DNA of 64,000 bases from positions 167,939-231,938 of the forward strand of contig CAYRQF010000001.1 of NCBI GenBank assembly GCA_964426385.1. Reading direction: 5' to 3'. Shown one piece after another: positions 16,556 through 26,663 of this stretch. The first letter of the stretch is position 1. Each line of letters opens with the position of its first letter. The stretch comes from an uncultured Candidatus Saccharibacteria bacterium. Its GTDB lineage: Bacteria; Patescibacteriota; Minisyncoccia; Phycocordibacterales; CSBR16-119. The translations under genes were made by a program, and so were the position numbers. The notes beneath the pieces were generated by a model that was not told the DNA's origin, did not search any database, and worked only from the letters and a program-made list of their open reading frames with translations.

Positions 16556-17917
16556 TTATATAATTCTGACTATACCTTTGTTTGCATCAACTTCGACAAT
16601 ATCTCCATCTTTGAGGATTCTGGTCGCATTTTTAGTTCCTATAATACAAGGCTTCTTAAGTTCGCGAGCAACAATAGCCGCATGGGAAGTTATTCCACCC
16701 TCATCAGTTACAAAAGCGCTAGCCCTGGGCAATATCGGCATCATTTCAGGACGAGTCATGCTCGTCACAATAACATCGCCGTCCAGAACCTTACCAAAAT
16801 CCAGAGCACTATTAATTATAACGACTCGCCCGGTGGCTACGCCAGTGTTTGCAACAAAGCCCTTTACCTCATTACCCAGACTTTTATTGATTGACTCTGT
16901 TACGCTTAGGTTTTCCTTTTCTGCATCTACTCCATACTTAAAATCTCGGAACGTCCACCAAAATCCTTCATTTGCTTTTTTTGACTGTTCTAAAAGTTCT
17001 TCTTTTGAAAAATCGGTAAACCAAGTGAAGTATGCCGATTGAAGTATAACTTTTTCTGTTTCTTTATCGAACTTATAAAGGGATAGTAATTTTTTGTATG
17101 CCAAATCTAAAATAGAATTTGCTCGATAAATTTCTTCTTTTCTTGCATCCTGAAGATCGATTGCTTTTGAAAGTAAGTAATTGATTTTCTGCTCAGGCGT
17201 GATTAATTCACTTACATCAACTCTTATTTCTTGATGAGACTCAAAAGAAGAAACAATTTCTTCTGCTTCTTCCTTTTGAATTTTATTTAATTTTGCTTCG
17301 AGAGATTTAAGATCAAAAAGATTAAAATTACTATAACTATTCTCAATCCAGGAGAAATTTCTTACAAAGTCTTCTTTTGTATATTTACTTCTCTCTAATT
17401 TTAAGAGAGCAACTTCATATTCAAATCTTTTTGTAAAGCTTGGCTCAAGAGGAAAAACCTTTTTACTAAATTCTTCTGAGGTTTGATTAAAATACTTGAG
17501 CCAATACTCATTATCGAGCGCTATCCCATCAGTTATATAAGCATGCGCTGTAACATCAGAGGCATACTCATAAAACTTTTTAAGCCAGTCTTTTATACCC
17601 TCTTCAGAATCCAATCTCTCTACTTCTATAACCAGAGAAAGATATTTTGACTTTAAGTCATCAATAATGGAAAAGGCTTTGGGGAAATAAGTATTAATAA
17701 AATCTTGATCTTGGTTAATTTTCTTCAAGAACTCCTGACGTATCCTCTCTAGATCATCTTTGTGTACATAGGCGGTGACTTTCTGATCTTTATAAAAATA
17801 TGTGCCATCTTTCCAAAATTCACCGCCAAATACATCATTGAATTTCTTTAGGGCATTCATTTGAAGTCCGAATGGTCCGTTATGTGCATTAAACGTTTTT
17901 ATTAGATATTTCTCCAT
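16556..17917 (-). CDS. Protein with a C-terminal PEP-utilising-enzyme mobile (swivel phosphohistidine) domain; N-terminal domain unknown
   Basis: 453 aa; the C-terminus reads ...GDVIVTSMTRPEMMPILPRASAFVTDEGGITSHAAIVARELKKPCIIGTK. Confidence 0.85.
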   Translation of the reverse strand: MEKYLIKTFNAHNGPFGLQMNALKKFNDVFGGEFWKDGTYFYKDQKVTAYVHKDDLERIRQEFLKKINQDQDFINTYFPKAFSIIDDLKSKYLSLVIEVERLDSEEGIKDWLKKFYEYASDVTAHAYITDGIALDNEYWLKYFNQTSEEFSKKVFPLEPSFTKRFEYEVALLKLERSKYTKEDFVRNFSWIENSYSNFNLFDLKSLEAKLNKIQKEEAEEIVSSFESHQEIRVDVSELITPEQKINYLLSKAIDLQDARKEEIYRANSILDLAYKKLLSLYKFDKETEKVILQSAYFTWFTDFSKEELLEQSKKANEGFWWTFRDFKYGVDAEKENLSVTESINKSLGNEVKGFVANTGVATGRVVIINSALDFGKVLDGDVIVTSMTRPEMMPILPRASAFVTDEGGITSHAAIVARELKKPCIIGTKNATRILKDGDIVEVDANKGIVRII

Positions 17918-17920
17918 ATA

Positions 17921-18919
17921 TTAGTTTAAAATTTTAACTATCCCCTTATCTGCATCGACTTCTACTATATCACCAGTCTTGAGTACAGACGTAATTCCCT
18001 TTATACCAACCACACAAGGGATTTTGAGTTCACGTGAGGTTATCGAGGCATGACATATTGCTCCTCCATGCTCGGAAAGTATGGCTCTCGCCTTCTTCAT
18101 AGCTGAGATGAAGTCTGGTGTTGTGGTTGAAGATACAAGGATTTCACCTTCTTGGAATTCGGCGACTTGATCTCTATTTTCAACTCTTCGAACCGAGCCC
18201 TTTATGACACCTCCTTTATAAGCCACTTGGCCCTTCAAAAGAGACGAATCTATTTTTTCCTGCTTGAGTATGATATTTTCCCGGCTCAGAACTTCTGACA
18301 AACTGTACTCGATCTTCTGATCTATAACTACATAATTCCTGAGCCTATTTTCCAGAACCTTAATCGGCTCGAGTTTATTGTCCCTGACTTCGGCGATAGA
18401 TATAACATCAACGTACTTCTCATAACCTGGGAAGATTTTTCGTAAGGAATTTCGGATAGTGCCAGCGATTCCCGGCCCCATGTATTCGGTCTCTTTGCGA
18501 ACGGCGAGTACGTCCTCCATTGGGAGTTTATGCTTGTCGTAATATTCGATCATCCACCACATGCAATCCCACCATGTCCAGGAATTCTTTATCTGGTCGA
18601 GAAAAACTATTAATTCTTCACGACTAAGCGCTCTCTCACTAAGTATCGTATCTTTAACTATATTAAAAAGCTCCAGAGTTTTCGACTTCATAACCTCCCT
18701 ATCGAAGTGTCCTGCCTGCTCGATCTTCCATTCGATACCCTTCGGATCATAGATATAGCTAAGCATCCCGCTCTTACCCTCAAATATACAGAATGGACTG
18801 AAAGAAAATTCTTTGTCTGACCACGGAATATGTTTCTGCGCCTCTCCATAACTCGTAAGCTCCGCGATAATTAGCGGAAATTCGTGGCTCAGTAGTAACT
18901 CATACCCTCTCTTTTCCAT
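17921..18919 (-). CDS. Protein with a C-terminal PEP-utilising-enzyme mobile domain; N-terminal domain unknown
   Basis: 332 aa; the C-terminus reads ...GEILVSSTTTPDFISAMKKARAILSEHGGAICHASITSRELKIPCVVGIK. Confidence 0.8.
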   Translation of the reverse strand: MEKRGYELLLSHEFPLIIAELTSYGEAQKHIPWSDKEFSFSPFCIFEGKSGMLSYIYDPKGIEWKIEQAGHFDREVMKSKTLELFNIVKDTILSERALSREELIVFLDQIKNSWTWWDCMWWMIEYYDKHKLPMEDVLAVRKETEYMGPGIAGTIRNSLRKIFPGYEKYVDVISIAEVRDNKLEPIKVLENRLRNYVVIDQKIEYSLSEVLSRENIILKQEKIDSSLLKGQVAYKGGVIKGSVRRVENRDQVAEFQEGEILVSSTTTPDFISAMKKARAILSEHGGAICHASITSRELKIPCVVGIKGITSVLKTGDIVEVDADKGIVKILN

Positions 18920-18921
18920 AA

Positions 18922-20436
18922 TTATTTATCTAGAATCTTCACAACACCATTATCAGCATCCAGTTCAACCTGATCACCATCCTTTAATATTTTTGTTGCA
19001 TTCCTTGTCCCGATTATACAAGGCTTATTAAGTTCTCTGGAAACTATAGCTGCATGGCAAGTGATACCTCCCTCATCAGTAATAATCCCGGCAGCTTTTC
19101 TCATCGCAGGAACAAAATCTGGCGTAGTCATAGCGGTAACTAAAATATCACCATCGGAAACTTTGCTAATCTCAGTAGAAAGATTACAAACTTTTACAAC
19201 GCCTTTCGCAAAACCTTTACAGGCAATTGATCCCTTTAACTCTTTTACCTCAATAACATCGTCAGCAAAACCGTTAATTTTTATAAAATTCTTAGCCTCT
19301 TCACCAACAATCCAATTAAATTTTAAATCTTTTAAAATAAGAACTCCGGCAAACAACCTTTCTTTTATATTTAATTTAAAATCCTCCTTAATTAAACCTT
19401 CTAATAGAGATGCTTTTATTTCCTGTGGCGACATATATCTTATATACTCGTCGGAGACATTTAGTCGCCTAGCTATTTCCGGAACTACAAGTAATTGTAA
19501 AATCGGATGGCTTCTAGTTTGCGCCGTCTTTTTTAATTCTTGTAGATATGATAATTTCCTAACAGATTCGACAAGCGTTAATATTTCTTGAGGTGCTGAT
19601 AATTTTTTAACTAGAGTATCTCTTGCTTCTAACTTTCTTATTAAATCTAATTTGTTTTTTTCTAAAATTTCAGAAAAATCAACGTCTTCTTTAATCTTAG
19701 TATTAAATTTATTTATAAAATAACTATCGTCCCACAAGACGCCGGTATTATACCCGAAAGGGATAGAAGTGTAGTCTCTTATGTGATTATTGAATAGGTC
19801 TTTTAAATTCTCCGACAAATCATTTACAGAATTAATCTGATCCACCTTCTGACTCTTTGCTAATTTACAAATTTCCATAAAAGAAATATCCTCCTCAGCG
19901 CTTTCTGTTTGGAACTCTAGAGGCTCAATAGCTTCATGTAATACAGAATCATCTAACTCATTGAGGGTAAAGAATTCTTTCAGTGCTTCAACGGTTGCGT
20001 CACTCCCCACCCACCAGGCAGGAGTATTTTTAAAATGAAAAAATCTATATTTTTCACAATATTCAACATAAACATTAGCCAACTGCTCGTTAGACATGTT
20101 TTTTCCCAACTTACCGTCCACTCCAAAAGAACTCTCTAAATAATCTCTGAGGGAATTCTTTTGAGACTCAGACCACAAAATCAAATCATCTAAGTAATTT
20201 AGATCCTTTTTAAATTTACCGACAAGAAAATCTTCAATTTCTTCGTACTCTTCTATTGTATTCACTGCGGTGTTCAGATTTTTTTCGTCAAAAACATAAA
20301 TTATTGAAGTGAGTCGTCCTCCATACTCCTTTAAGGATAAATCGCTCGCTAAATAATCTGTATTGAAAGTAGCCGGAAATGGTGGTATGTGATTTTTAGG
20401 TCTACTTCTAAATAATTTTAAGTTTAGTTTTTCCAT
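18922..20436 (-). CDS. Protein with a C-terminal PEP-utilising-enzyme mobile domain; N-terminal domain unknown
   Basis: 504 aa; the C-terminus reads ...[50 protein letters not shown]. Confidence 0.85.
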   Translation of the reverse strand: MEKLNLKLFRSRPKNHIPPFPATFNTDYLASDLSLKEYGGRLTSIIYVFDEKNLNTAVNTIEEYEEIEDFLVGKFKKDLNYLDDLILWSESQKNSLRDYLESSFGVDGKLGKNMSNEQLANVYVEYCEKYRFFHFKNTPAWWVGSDATVEALKEFFTLNELDDSVLHEAIEPLEFQTESAEEDISFMEICKLAKSQKVDQINSVNDLSENLKDLFNNHIRDYTSIPFGYNTGVLWDDSYFINKFNTKIKEDVDFSEILEKNKLDLIRKLEARDTLVKKLSAPQEILTLVESVRKLSYLQELKKTAQTRSHPILQLLVVPEIARRLNVSDEYIRYMSPQEIKASLLEGLIKEDFKLNIKERLFAGVLILKDLKFNWIVGEEAKNFIKINGFADDVIEVKELKGSIACKGFAKGVVKVCNLSTEISKVSDGDILVTAMTTPDFVPAMRKAAGIITDEGGITCHAAIVSRELNKPCIIGTRNATKILKDGDQVELDADNGVVKILDK

Positions 20437-20437
20437 A

Positions 20438-21721
20438 TTATTTATTCAATATTCTAAGCACTCCATTATCAGCATCCAGTTCAACCTGATCACCATCTTT
20501 AAGGATTTTCAATGCCTCGGATACTCCGATAACCGTCGGGATCTTGAACTCTCGAGCAAAGATAGCGCTATGACACAAAAGACCAGCCATCTGAACTATC
20601 ATACCTTTGGTCTTATGAAGATAGGGCTCTTGTTGAACTAGGGTTTCATTAATAACTAGAATATCCCCGTCTTTAACTTTTATGATTTCGTCAGGATTGT
20701 AAACACATACGATATTACCACTTACAATGCCTTTGCAAGCAGACCTGCCTTTTAATATATTCGTTCTTTCAACTTTGGTATTTAGAAAGATATCGTAGAG
20801 CTTTTCGTATTCATCGTTTGTTCCATGACGAACTACTTCATTATCGATCAAGATAATTCTCTTTGAGTACCTGTCATCAACGCCCGCAGGAAGAGTTCCT
20901 GTCTCGATGGCTGTATGTAACTCATCCGGGGTGAGAACTTCCCAATATTTCAAATCTATGTTTTTAGATGAAAGTAACCTTTGAACCAATGGGCGCATGG
21001 CATAGAGCACATAGTTGATTATGTCTATTCTCTCGAATTTGAGCCACATCAAATCTTGCAAAGCATGAACTTCAGCGTTCTCTGGTATTTTCAAGTCTCT
21101 TTTTACATAAGGACGGGATTGGATCTCCTTCAAATAATCCATTGAAAGTCCTGGAGCTCTCATCAAATTTATTCCATACCAATCCCACTTCACACGGATA
21201 GTTTCCAAATCCTGACCATTACTAGCCTTTGAAACCTCTTCATGAAGCTTCTCTGAAGAAATCTTCTCACTAGGTGTTACATCTTCGAATTTTAGGTCTG
21301 GATAGCTTTTTATGAAATACGCCTCTGCGATATCTGAAATCTCAAGATAAGTCCAAAGAAATGCTAACGCATCTCTCGCTTTATCTTCATAAACTCTTAG
21401 TAACTCATAGTCACCTAATTCAGTCTTCGAAGTATCGTTATCTATATACTCTCGGAGGTCTCGAATGACTTTCTTAAAAGTTTCTGTATACTTTTGAATA
21501 CTTTCGGAGGGATTCTTGCCAAATTCCCCCATAAAGCATTCGTTAGAACTCTTGGATCGGAAATATGTATCGGCAACACCAACAAAATCTCCGAACCCAC
21601 ACTCAACACCAAAAAACTTTTTGAAGCGATCTTTGGACTGAGCTTCTAGAGAAAGCGCATTAAAATACGTTCCGTTCGTCCACGTTCCAATCTTTCTATA
21701 ATTATTGGGTGATATATCCAT
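20438..21721 (-). CDS. Protein with a C-terminal PEP-utilising-enzyme mobile domain (divergent); N-terminal domain unknown
   Basis: 427 aa; the C-terminus reads ...[50 protein letters not shown]. Confidence 0.75.
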   Translation of the reverse strand: MDISPNNYRKIGTWTNGTYFNALSLEAQSKDRFKKFFGVECGFGDFVGVADTYFRSKSSNECFMGEFGKNPSESIQKYTETFKKVIRDLREYIDNDTSKTELGDYELLRVYEDKARDALAFLWTYLEISDIAEAYFIKSYPDLKFEDVTPSEKISSEKLHEEVSKASNGQDLETIRVKWDWYGINLMRAPGLSMDYLKEIQSRPYVKRDLKIPENAEVHALQDLMWLKFERIDIINYVLYAMRPLVQRLLSSKNIDLKYWEVLTPDELHTAIETGTLPAGVDDRYSKRIILIDNEVVRHGTNDEYEKLYDIFLNTKVERTNILKGRSACKGIVSGNIVCVYNPDEIIKVKDGDILVINETLVQQEPYLHKTKGMIVQMAGLLCHSAIFAREFKIPTVIGVSEALKILKDGDQVELDADNGVLRILNK

Positions 21722-21733
21722 AAAGCTTGTTTT

Positions 21734-24700
21734 TTACTTCAAAATCTTAACTACCCCCTTATCAGCATCCACCTCAACCATATCACCATCCTTGAGAAGC
21801 TGGGTAGCGAACTTAGTTCCGATTACGCAAGGCTTATTGAGCTCACGTGCAACGATTGCTGCATGGCATGTTATGCCTCCCTCGTCGGTTACTATAGCAG
21901 CGGCTTTCTGCATGGCGGGAACGAAATCAGGGGTCGTCATAGTTGAGACGATAATATCACCCTCTACTGCCTCATTTATTTGCTCTTTGCGTTTCAGGAT
22001 CCTCACGACACCTTTCGCGTAACCTTTGTTGCCAATTTGGCCTTTTAGATCTGAAACTGCTGTTGGAGCTTTTTCGATATTGAAATGTAACTCCGGATGT
22101 CTCGACTGATACTGCTCGATAGTTTCTACGGCCTCCTCCACTTCTCCAACCATCATGAAATGCTTCTTTCTTTCCTTGAGTACTTCTAGACTTGGTGGAT
22201 TTTCTATTTCTTTTCGCAGAATTGCAGACTCATAGCCTTTTAACTCAGGATATATCTCAACTAGGCTCTTGCGCATGAGTTTATCATTCGTATCGAAGTA
22301 GGTGTCGACATCACGCATCTTGAGCGCTCTCTCACGGATTGCTACCGGAGTTCTCTCGTCCATAGCTGTGTAGTACATGAATATAAAACCGTCCATTACA
22401 CCAAAAACTCTGTCTACATATTTTGTAAATTCTGATTTGGAAGAGATTGGTCCAGCCTCCCAATAAGACTTTATCTCTCCAAGGTTCTCTTCGTATTTGT
22501 CTAGTATAGAAGTAATAAACTTATTATCGCTTTCAATCGTGGATTGTAGATTATCCATAAACCATTTGGTCGACTCTTCGTTTTCCCATATCTCGATAAC
22601 GCCATCATTCATAAAGTGAACCACCGGCGGAACGTGAGGGTTCTTCAGGCCATTCTGACGTTCGAATGCATAAGCAACAACATCATGCCATCCCTGCTGG
22701 ATAATGAGGGTTGTATCACGCGTATAAGTCTTCTCGTAGTGCTTACCGCTTGATGACTTCTTTTTTATTAAACGCACTACGCCGATATTTGCATCAACTT
22801 CTATCTCATCTCCGTTTTCAAAAACACGAGTTGCGATCTTTGTACCTATAACACAAGGCTTTTTAAGCTCTCTAGAAACAATCGCTGCATGACACATGAT
22901 TCCACCTTCCTCGCTTACGATAGCCGAGGCTGTAGAAAGTACGGGCATGAGGTCCGGGCTTGTGTTAATAGAAACTATAATTTGGCCCGGAGTGTAGTTT
23001 GCCATGTCACTGGCGTTATCTACGCGACAAACGATACCTTTCGCATATCCTGGAAATGCTACAGTTCCAAGTAGTAGGCCGTCAGACTCAATAACTTCCT
23101 CCTTTAATACCGGTAGATCATTTACTATGGCGCGGTCATAATCGTATTTCATATCGAGACTATCCTCTTTGTGCCAGAAGACACACCAACCACGACGCTG
23201 ATTAAGTTCTTCTACTGTTGGAAGATTGCCTACCTCTATGAAACTGATGATCTCCTTCGGGTTTAGTTTGTCTATTAGATCTATTTCTTGAATGCCTGAC
23301 TTCTCGCTTATGAGCTGCCAGAAATGCGCAAGCATCGATCGTTCAAGCTTTGGATAAGTAGTAAATCCACGCAAAGGGTCTAGAGCAGTCAAAATCTTTT
23401 CAAATTGGTCCTTGGATTCACCGTGCTCAATGGCGTCATCAATACCGCACAATGCCAAGTATGGGACAGTTACAGTGTGCAAAAGTATCTGAACGAATTC
23501 GTCATAATACTTTTTGAAGTCGTCAAGCTTCACTTCGTTTCTGTTTTCACCCTCAAACAGATCTATTAGCTCATGAGCCCTCTTGTCCCATGCAAGCCCG
23601 GTCTCCCTCCAGCTCACAACTTTTTCCGGATCCGTTTTTACCAGATTTAGAAAATGCTCTAAAGACTCCTTTAGCTCTGAGGCAGATCGATAGTGTGTAC
23701 CCCTGTCACCCACCCACTTATATAAGTGATGTTTATACTTGAAACCAGTAACTTTCTCTAGATGCACGAATTCTGCCTCAATGTATGGGTGGTATATAAA
23801 GCATGATCGACGCCTATCTAAGAATTTCACCCAATCAACATCCGACATAGTATGCTTCTTCTTTGGTTCCACAGCCCTTGATAACGTAGTGATAGGCCTA
23901 GACTGGACGATGTAGAACTTGCCTCCTTCAAATGCCCATTCGATATCGCAAGGGAATCCATAGTGGTTCTCGATGCGCATGATAATCTCGCCGAGCTCTA
24001 GTATTTGTTTCGTATCGAGCACCTGCCTATTGCCGTCAGCTTCTGACAGATCTATCCATTCATTTCCACCCCCAGCCTTGCGCCAGAGAGCGCGGTTCTG
24101 CGAACTCACGTTTATATCGAGAATATTTCGAGGCTCCTTTTCTATAACGTACGAATCCGGTGTAACTGATCCAGAGACGATAGCTTCGCCGAGTCCGAAT
24201 CCTGCCTCGATGATCATCTGGTTATAATCCTCTGTCACAGGATGGACTGAGAAAGCAATACCCGAGACTTCAGAGTTAACCATCTTCTGAACAACGACGG
24301 CGACTGAAATATGTGTCGAATGTAGACCCTTCTCGAAACGATAGAATATTGCACGAGGAGTAAAAAGTGATGACCAACATTCCTGGACTCTCTCGAGGAT
24401 GCCGTCCTTTGTGACATTCAGATAACTCTCGAGTTGTCCGGCCCAGGCATGATCGGCACCATCCTCTGCTGTCGCTGATGAACGGACTGCGACGAACTCT
24501 GTGTCCATGTCGGCAAATGAGTTCATGATATCTACCTTGATATCCTCTGGCATTTCTTTCGACAAGATAAGTGCTCTGATTTTCTCTGATGCAGTGTCTA
24601 CAGTGTGAATAGCTTTATGGTCTACACCGCCGAGAATAGAGTCTATTTCTTGAACTAGGTCAGTTTCCTTGATGAAGTGTTCGAATGTCCCAGCAAGCAC

Positions 24701-24844
24701 GACGAAGCCGTTCGGCACTGGTATACCGGCATTCAGCATTTCCCCCAGAGACGCACCCTTACCCCCAGCGAGATCAGCGTCTCGCTTGGTGAGGCCATCG
24801 AACTTCCTAGTGAATTCCATATTTTTGATTTTATCACTTTTCAT
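21734..24844 (-). CDS. PpsA/PPDK-type ATP-grasp domain fused to two PEP-utilising mobile (swivel His) domains; no PEP/pyruvate TIM-barrel domain
   Basis: 1036 aa. The N-terminus (...DADLAGGKGASLGEMLNAGIPVPNGF ... CDIEWAFEGGKFYIVQSRPITT) matches the PEP synthase/PPDK nucleotide-binding domain. The swivel motif [23 protein letters not shown] lies mid-protein and [23 protein letters not shown] at the C-terminus. Confidence 0.85.
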   Translation of the reverse strand: MKSDKIKNMEFTRKFDGLTKRDADLAGGKGASLGEMLNAGIPVPNGFVVLAGTFEHFIKETDLVQEIDSILGGVDHKAIHTVDTASEKIRALILSKEMPEDIKVDIMNSFADMDTEFVAVRSSATAEDGADHAWAGQLESYLNVTKDGILERVQECWSSLFTPRAIFYRFEKGLHSTHISVAVVVQKMVNSEVSGIAFSVHPVTEDYNQMIIEAGFGLGEAIVSGSVTPDSYVIEKEPRNILDINVSSQNRALWRKAGGGNEWIDLSEADGNRQVLDTKQILELGEIIMRIENHYGFPCDIEWAFEGGKFYIVQSRPITTLSRAVEPKKKHTMSDVDWVKFLDRRRSCFIYHPYIEAEFVHLEKVTGFKYKHHLYKWVGDRGTHYRSASELKESLEHFLNLVKTDPEKVVSWRETGLAWDKRAHELIDLFEGENRNEVKLDDFKKYYDEFVQILLHTVTVPYLALCGIDDAIEHGESKDQFEKILTALDPLRGFTTYPKLERSMLAHFWQLISEKSGIQEIDLIDKLNPKEIISFIEVGNLPTVEELNQRRGWCVFWHKEDSLDMKYDYDRAIVNDLPVLKEEVIESDGLLLGTVAFPGYAKGIVCRVDNASDMANYTPGQIIVSINTSPDLMPVLSTASAIVSEEGGIMCHAAIVSRELKKPCVIGTKIATRVFENGDEIEVDANIGVVRLIKKKSSSGKHYEKTYTRDTTLIIQQGWHDVVAYAFERQNGLKNPHVPPVVHFMNDGVIEIWENEESTKWFMDNLQSTIESDNKFITSILDKYEENLGEIKSYWEAGPISSKSEFTKYVDRVFGVMDGFIFMYYTAMDERTPVAIRERALKMRDVDTYFDTNDKLMRKSLVEIYPELKGYESAILRKEIENPPSLEVLKERKKHFMMVGEVEEAVETIEQYQSRHPELHFNIEKAPTAVSDLKGQIGNKGYAKGVVRILKRKEQINEAVEGDIIVSTMTTPDFVPAMQKAAAIVTDEGGITCHAAIVARELNKPCVIGTKFATQLLKDGDMVEVDADKGVVKILK

Positions 24845-24887
24845 ATCATTAAATAAGCCTTATTTTACTTGACTTTTCCTATAATTA

Positions 24888-25538
24888 ATGATATTAAATA
24901 TCCCGAAGTTCTCATTAAAACCAGAAACCATGACTCACGAATTGATCGGAAAGATCTCGGGAGCCATCGTGCTCCTGAGTGGAATTATCTATATGAGGCA
25001 GATCATCCAACGGCGAGTTCACCCGAACTTCGCTAGCTGGTGCATCTGGGCCCTAATAGGTGGAGCTGTGTGGATCAATTACAAAACCTCAGGAGCAACC
25101 GATAATGCCTGGGTCGCATTCTTTGGGATGATAAACCCTGTCGTGATAGCAATACTCGCATTCTTTTACGAGAAGAGGGTGTGGCCTGACAGGACGGAAG
25201 TTATATGTCTGATGTTAGGTCTCATCTCGATCACCATCTGGTGGTTCATGGAGAAACGCGGTGCAGAAATCGCGCTTTACGTGGCCATCTTCGCTGACCT
25301 CTGCGCCGCGTTCCCTACTGCAAGGCTTTTTCGAAAGGAACCCTGGCAAGATCGGCCGCTCATGTGGATCTTGTTCGCCCTCGGCTTCGGTTTAGCGATG
25401 TTCGCCATCCCTGATGATGGCCAGAACCTCGCTAACTACGCCTTGCCTGTTTACATGGTGACAATGTCTAGCGTACTTGCCTGGTTTCTCGTTCGTTATC
25501 GGATCAAAAATAAAGATCCATTTAGCGAATGGTACTAA
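24888..25538 (+). CDS. Hypothetical polytopic membrane protein
   Basis: 216 aa with about 6 hydrophobic helices. The true start may be the internal Met at 24930 (MTHELIGK...). Confidence 0.55.
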   Translation: MILNIPKFSLKPETMTHELIGKISGAIVLLSGIIYMRQIIQRRVHPNFASWCIWALIGGAVWINYKTSGATDNAWVAFFGMINPVVIAILAFFYEKRVWPDRTEVICLMLGLISITIWWFMEKRGAEIALYVAIFADLCAAFPTARLFRKEPWQDRPLMWILFALGFGLAMFAIPDDGQNLANYALPVYMVTMSSVLAWFLVRYRIKNKDPFSEWY

Positions 25539-25554
25539 GTACACCCCTTACAGA

Positions 25555-25590
25555 AAGGCCGCCTTCAATTGGGCGGCCTTCCTCGTTTTA
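25555..25590. terminator. Bidirectional rho-independent terminator between convergent genes
   Basis: AAGGCCGCC TTCAATTG GGCGGCCTT (9-bp stem) followed by CCTCGTTTTAT. Confidence 0.65.
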
Positions 25591-25593
25591 TAT

Positions 25594-26625
25594 CTAGTAC
25601 ATTCTCGGCTCCTTCTCGAATGGTGGATATATATCTCTGTCGATAGTTCGGGAGAAACATGTCCTACCGGCCTGGTGATCCCAAGACTCGTTCACACCAC
25701 CACCTGGGTATGGATATGAGGACATCGCCACATCTTCGGCTACACCGCCGAACATCGGACGAACTCCGCCGTAACCCTCTTGCCAACCCTGTGGCATAAC
25801 TGCAGTAAATGTCGCGCAGAGCTCGAACGTCATGTCGGCAGTCTTCTTGTACTCATATACCAAACCTTTCTCGAACTCTGGATCAACAGGAGTCATGAAT
25901 CCTGAGAGTGGGTTCGACATATCAGAAAGCTTCTCTGGGAGCATCTCTTTCTGTTGCCAGTAATTTATAACCTGCCATTGGATAGACTGTAGATCCTGAG
26001 TACGTCGCTCGTCGAGGCGCCATGCGCGTTGTTCTTTTGGAGTACCGATAACAGTAAAGCTCCAGATGATGAGTGCTAGGACGAGTACTGTCGCCTTGAT
26101 CGGAGACGTAGTATTGATGTTCATTCCCATCATCATCTTCTTACCCTGAAGTTCACAGATGTAGTACCAACCCACGAATACTGCGATGATGAGAGTGATG
26201 ACGACCTTGTAGATAAATCTATCTGTTATCTCACCTGAGACGAAGTATCGAACGAGTGTGACGAGGTCGACGATGACGACAATGCTCGACATGAACAGTA
26301 TGAGATAAAGCATCCATTTACGGATAACCTCGTCGATGTGGCTCAATCCATTTTTGACAACCTTGCGCCAAAAATGAGAAATGATGAGATACGCTGGGAA
26401 AACAATGATGAGTGTCGCGAGTGCTGCCCGAGCAGCCTCAAAACTATAAGTGTTATACCCGTATTGATAAACAGAGTTCAGTGCGTCTGGGAATTTCTTG
26501 TCGAGGGTCTGAAATACTAGATTTAGAAACGACGTCACTGTAGCGATGAGCGATACGAGAACTCCGAGGGAGAGAAAGAAAAATTTAGGTGTAAGCTTCT
26601 GATTTCCTGAATGTGTGTTGTCCAT
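25594..26625 (-). CDS. Hypothetical membrane protein (DUF5671-like)
   Basis: 343 aa with multiple TM helices in the N-terminal two-thirds and a soluble C-terminal domain. DUF5671 is common in CPR genomes. Confidence 0.45.
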   Translation of the reverse strand: MDNTHSGNQKLTPKFFFLSLGVLVSLIATVTSFLNLVFQTLDKKFPDALNSVYQYGYNTYSFEAARAALATLIIVFPAYLIISHFWRKVVKNGLSHIDEVIRKWMLYLILFMSSIVVIVDLVTLVRYFVSGEITDRFIYKVVITLIIAVFVGWYYICELQGKKMMMGMNINTTSPIKATVLVLALIIWSFTVIGTPKEQRAWRLDERRTQDLQSIQWQVINYWQQKEMLPEKLSDMSNPLSGFMTPVDPEFEKGLVYEYKKTADMTFELCATFTAVMPQGWQEGYGGVRPMFGGVAEDVAMSSYPYPGGGVNESWDHQAGRTCFSRTIDRDIYPPFEKEPRMY

Positions 26626-26663
26626 ATTTATATCTTAATGTTAATAATACTATTTTAAGCCTT

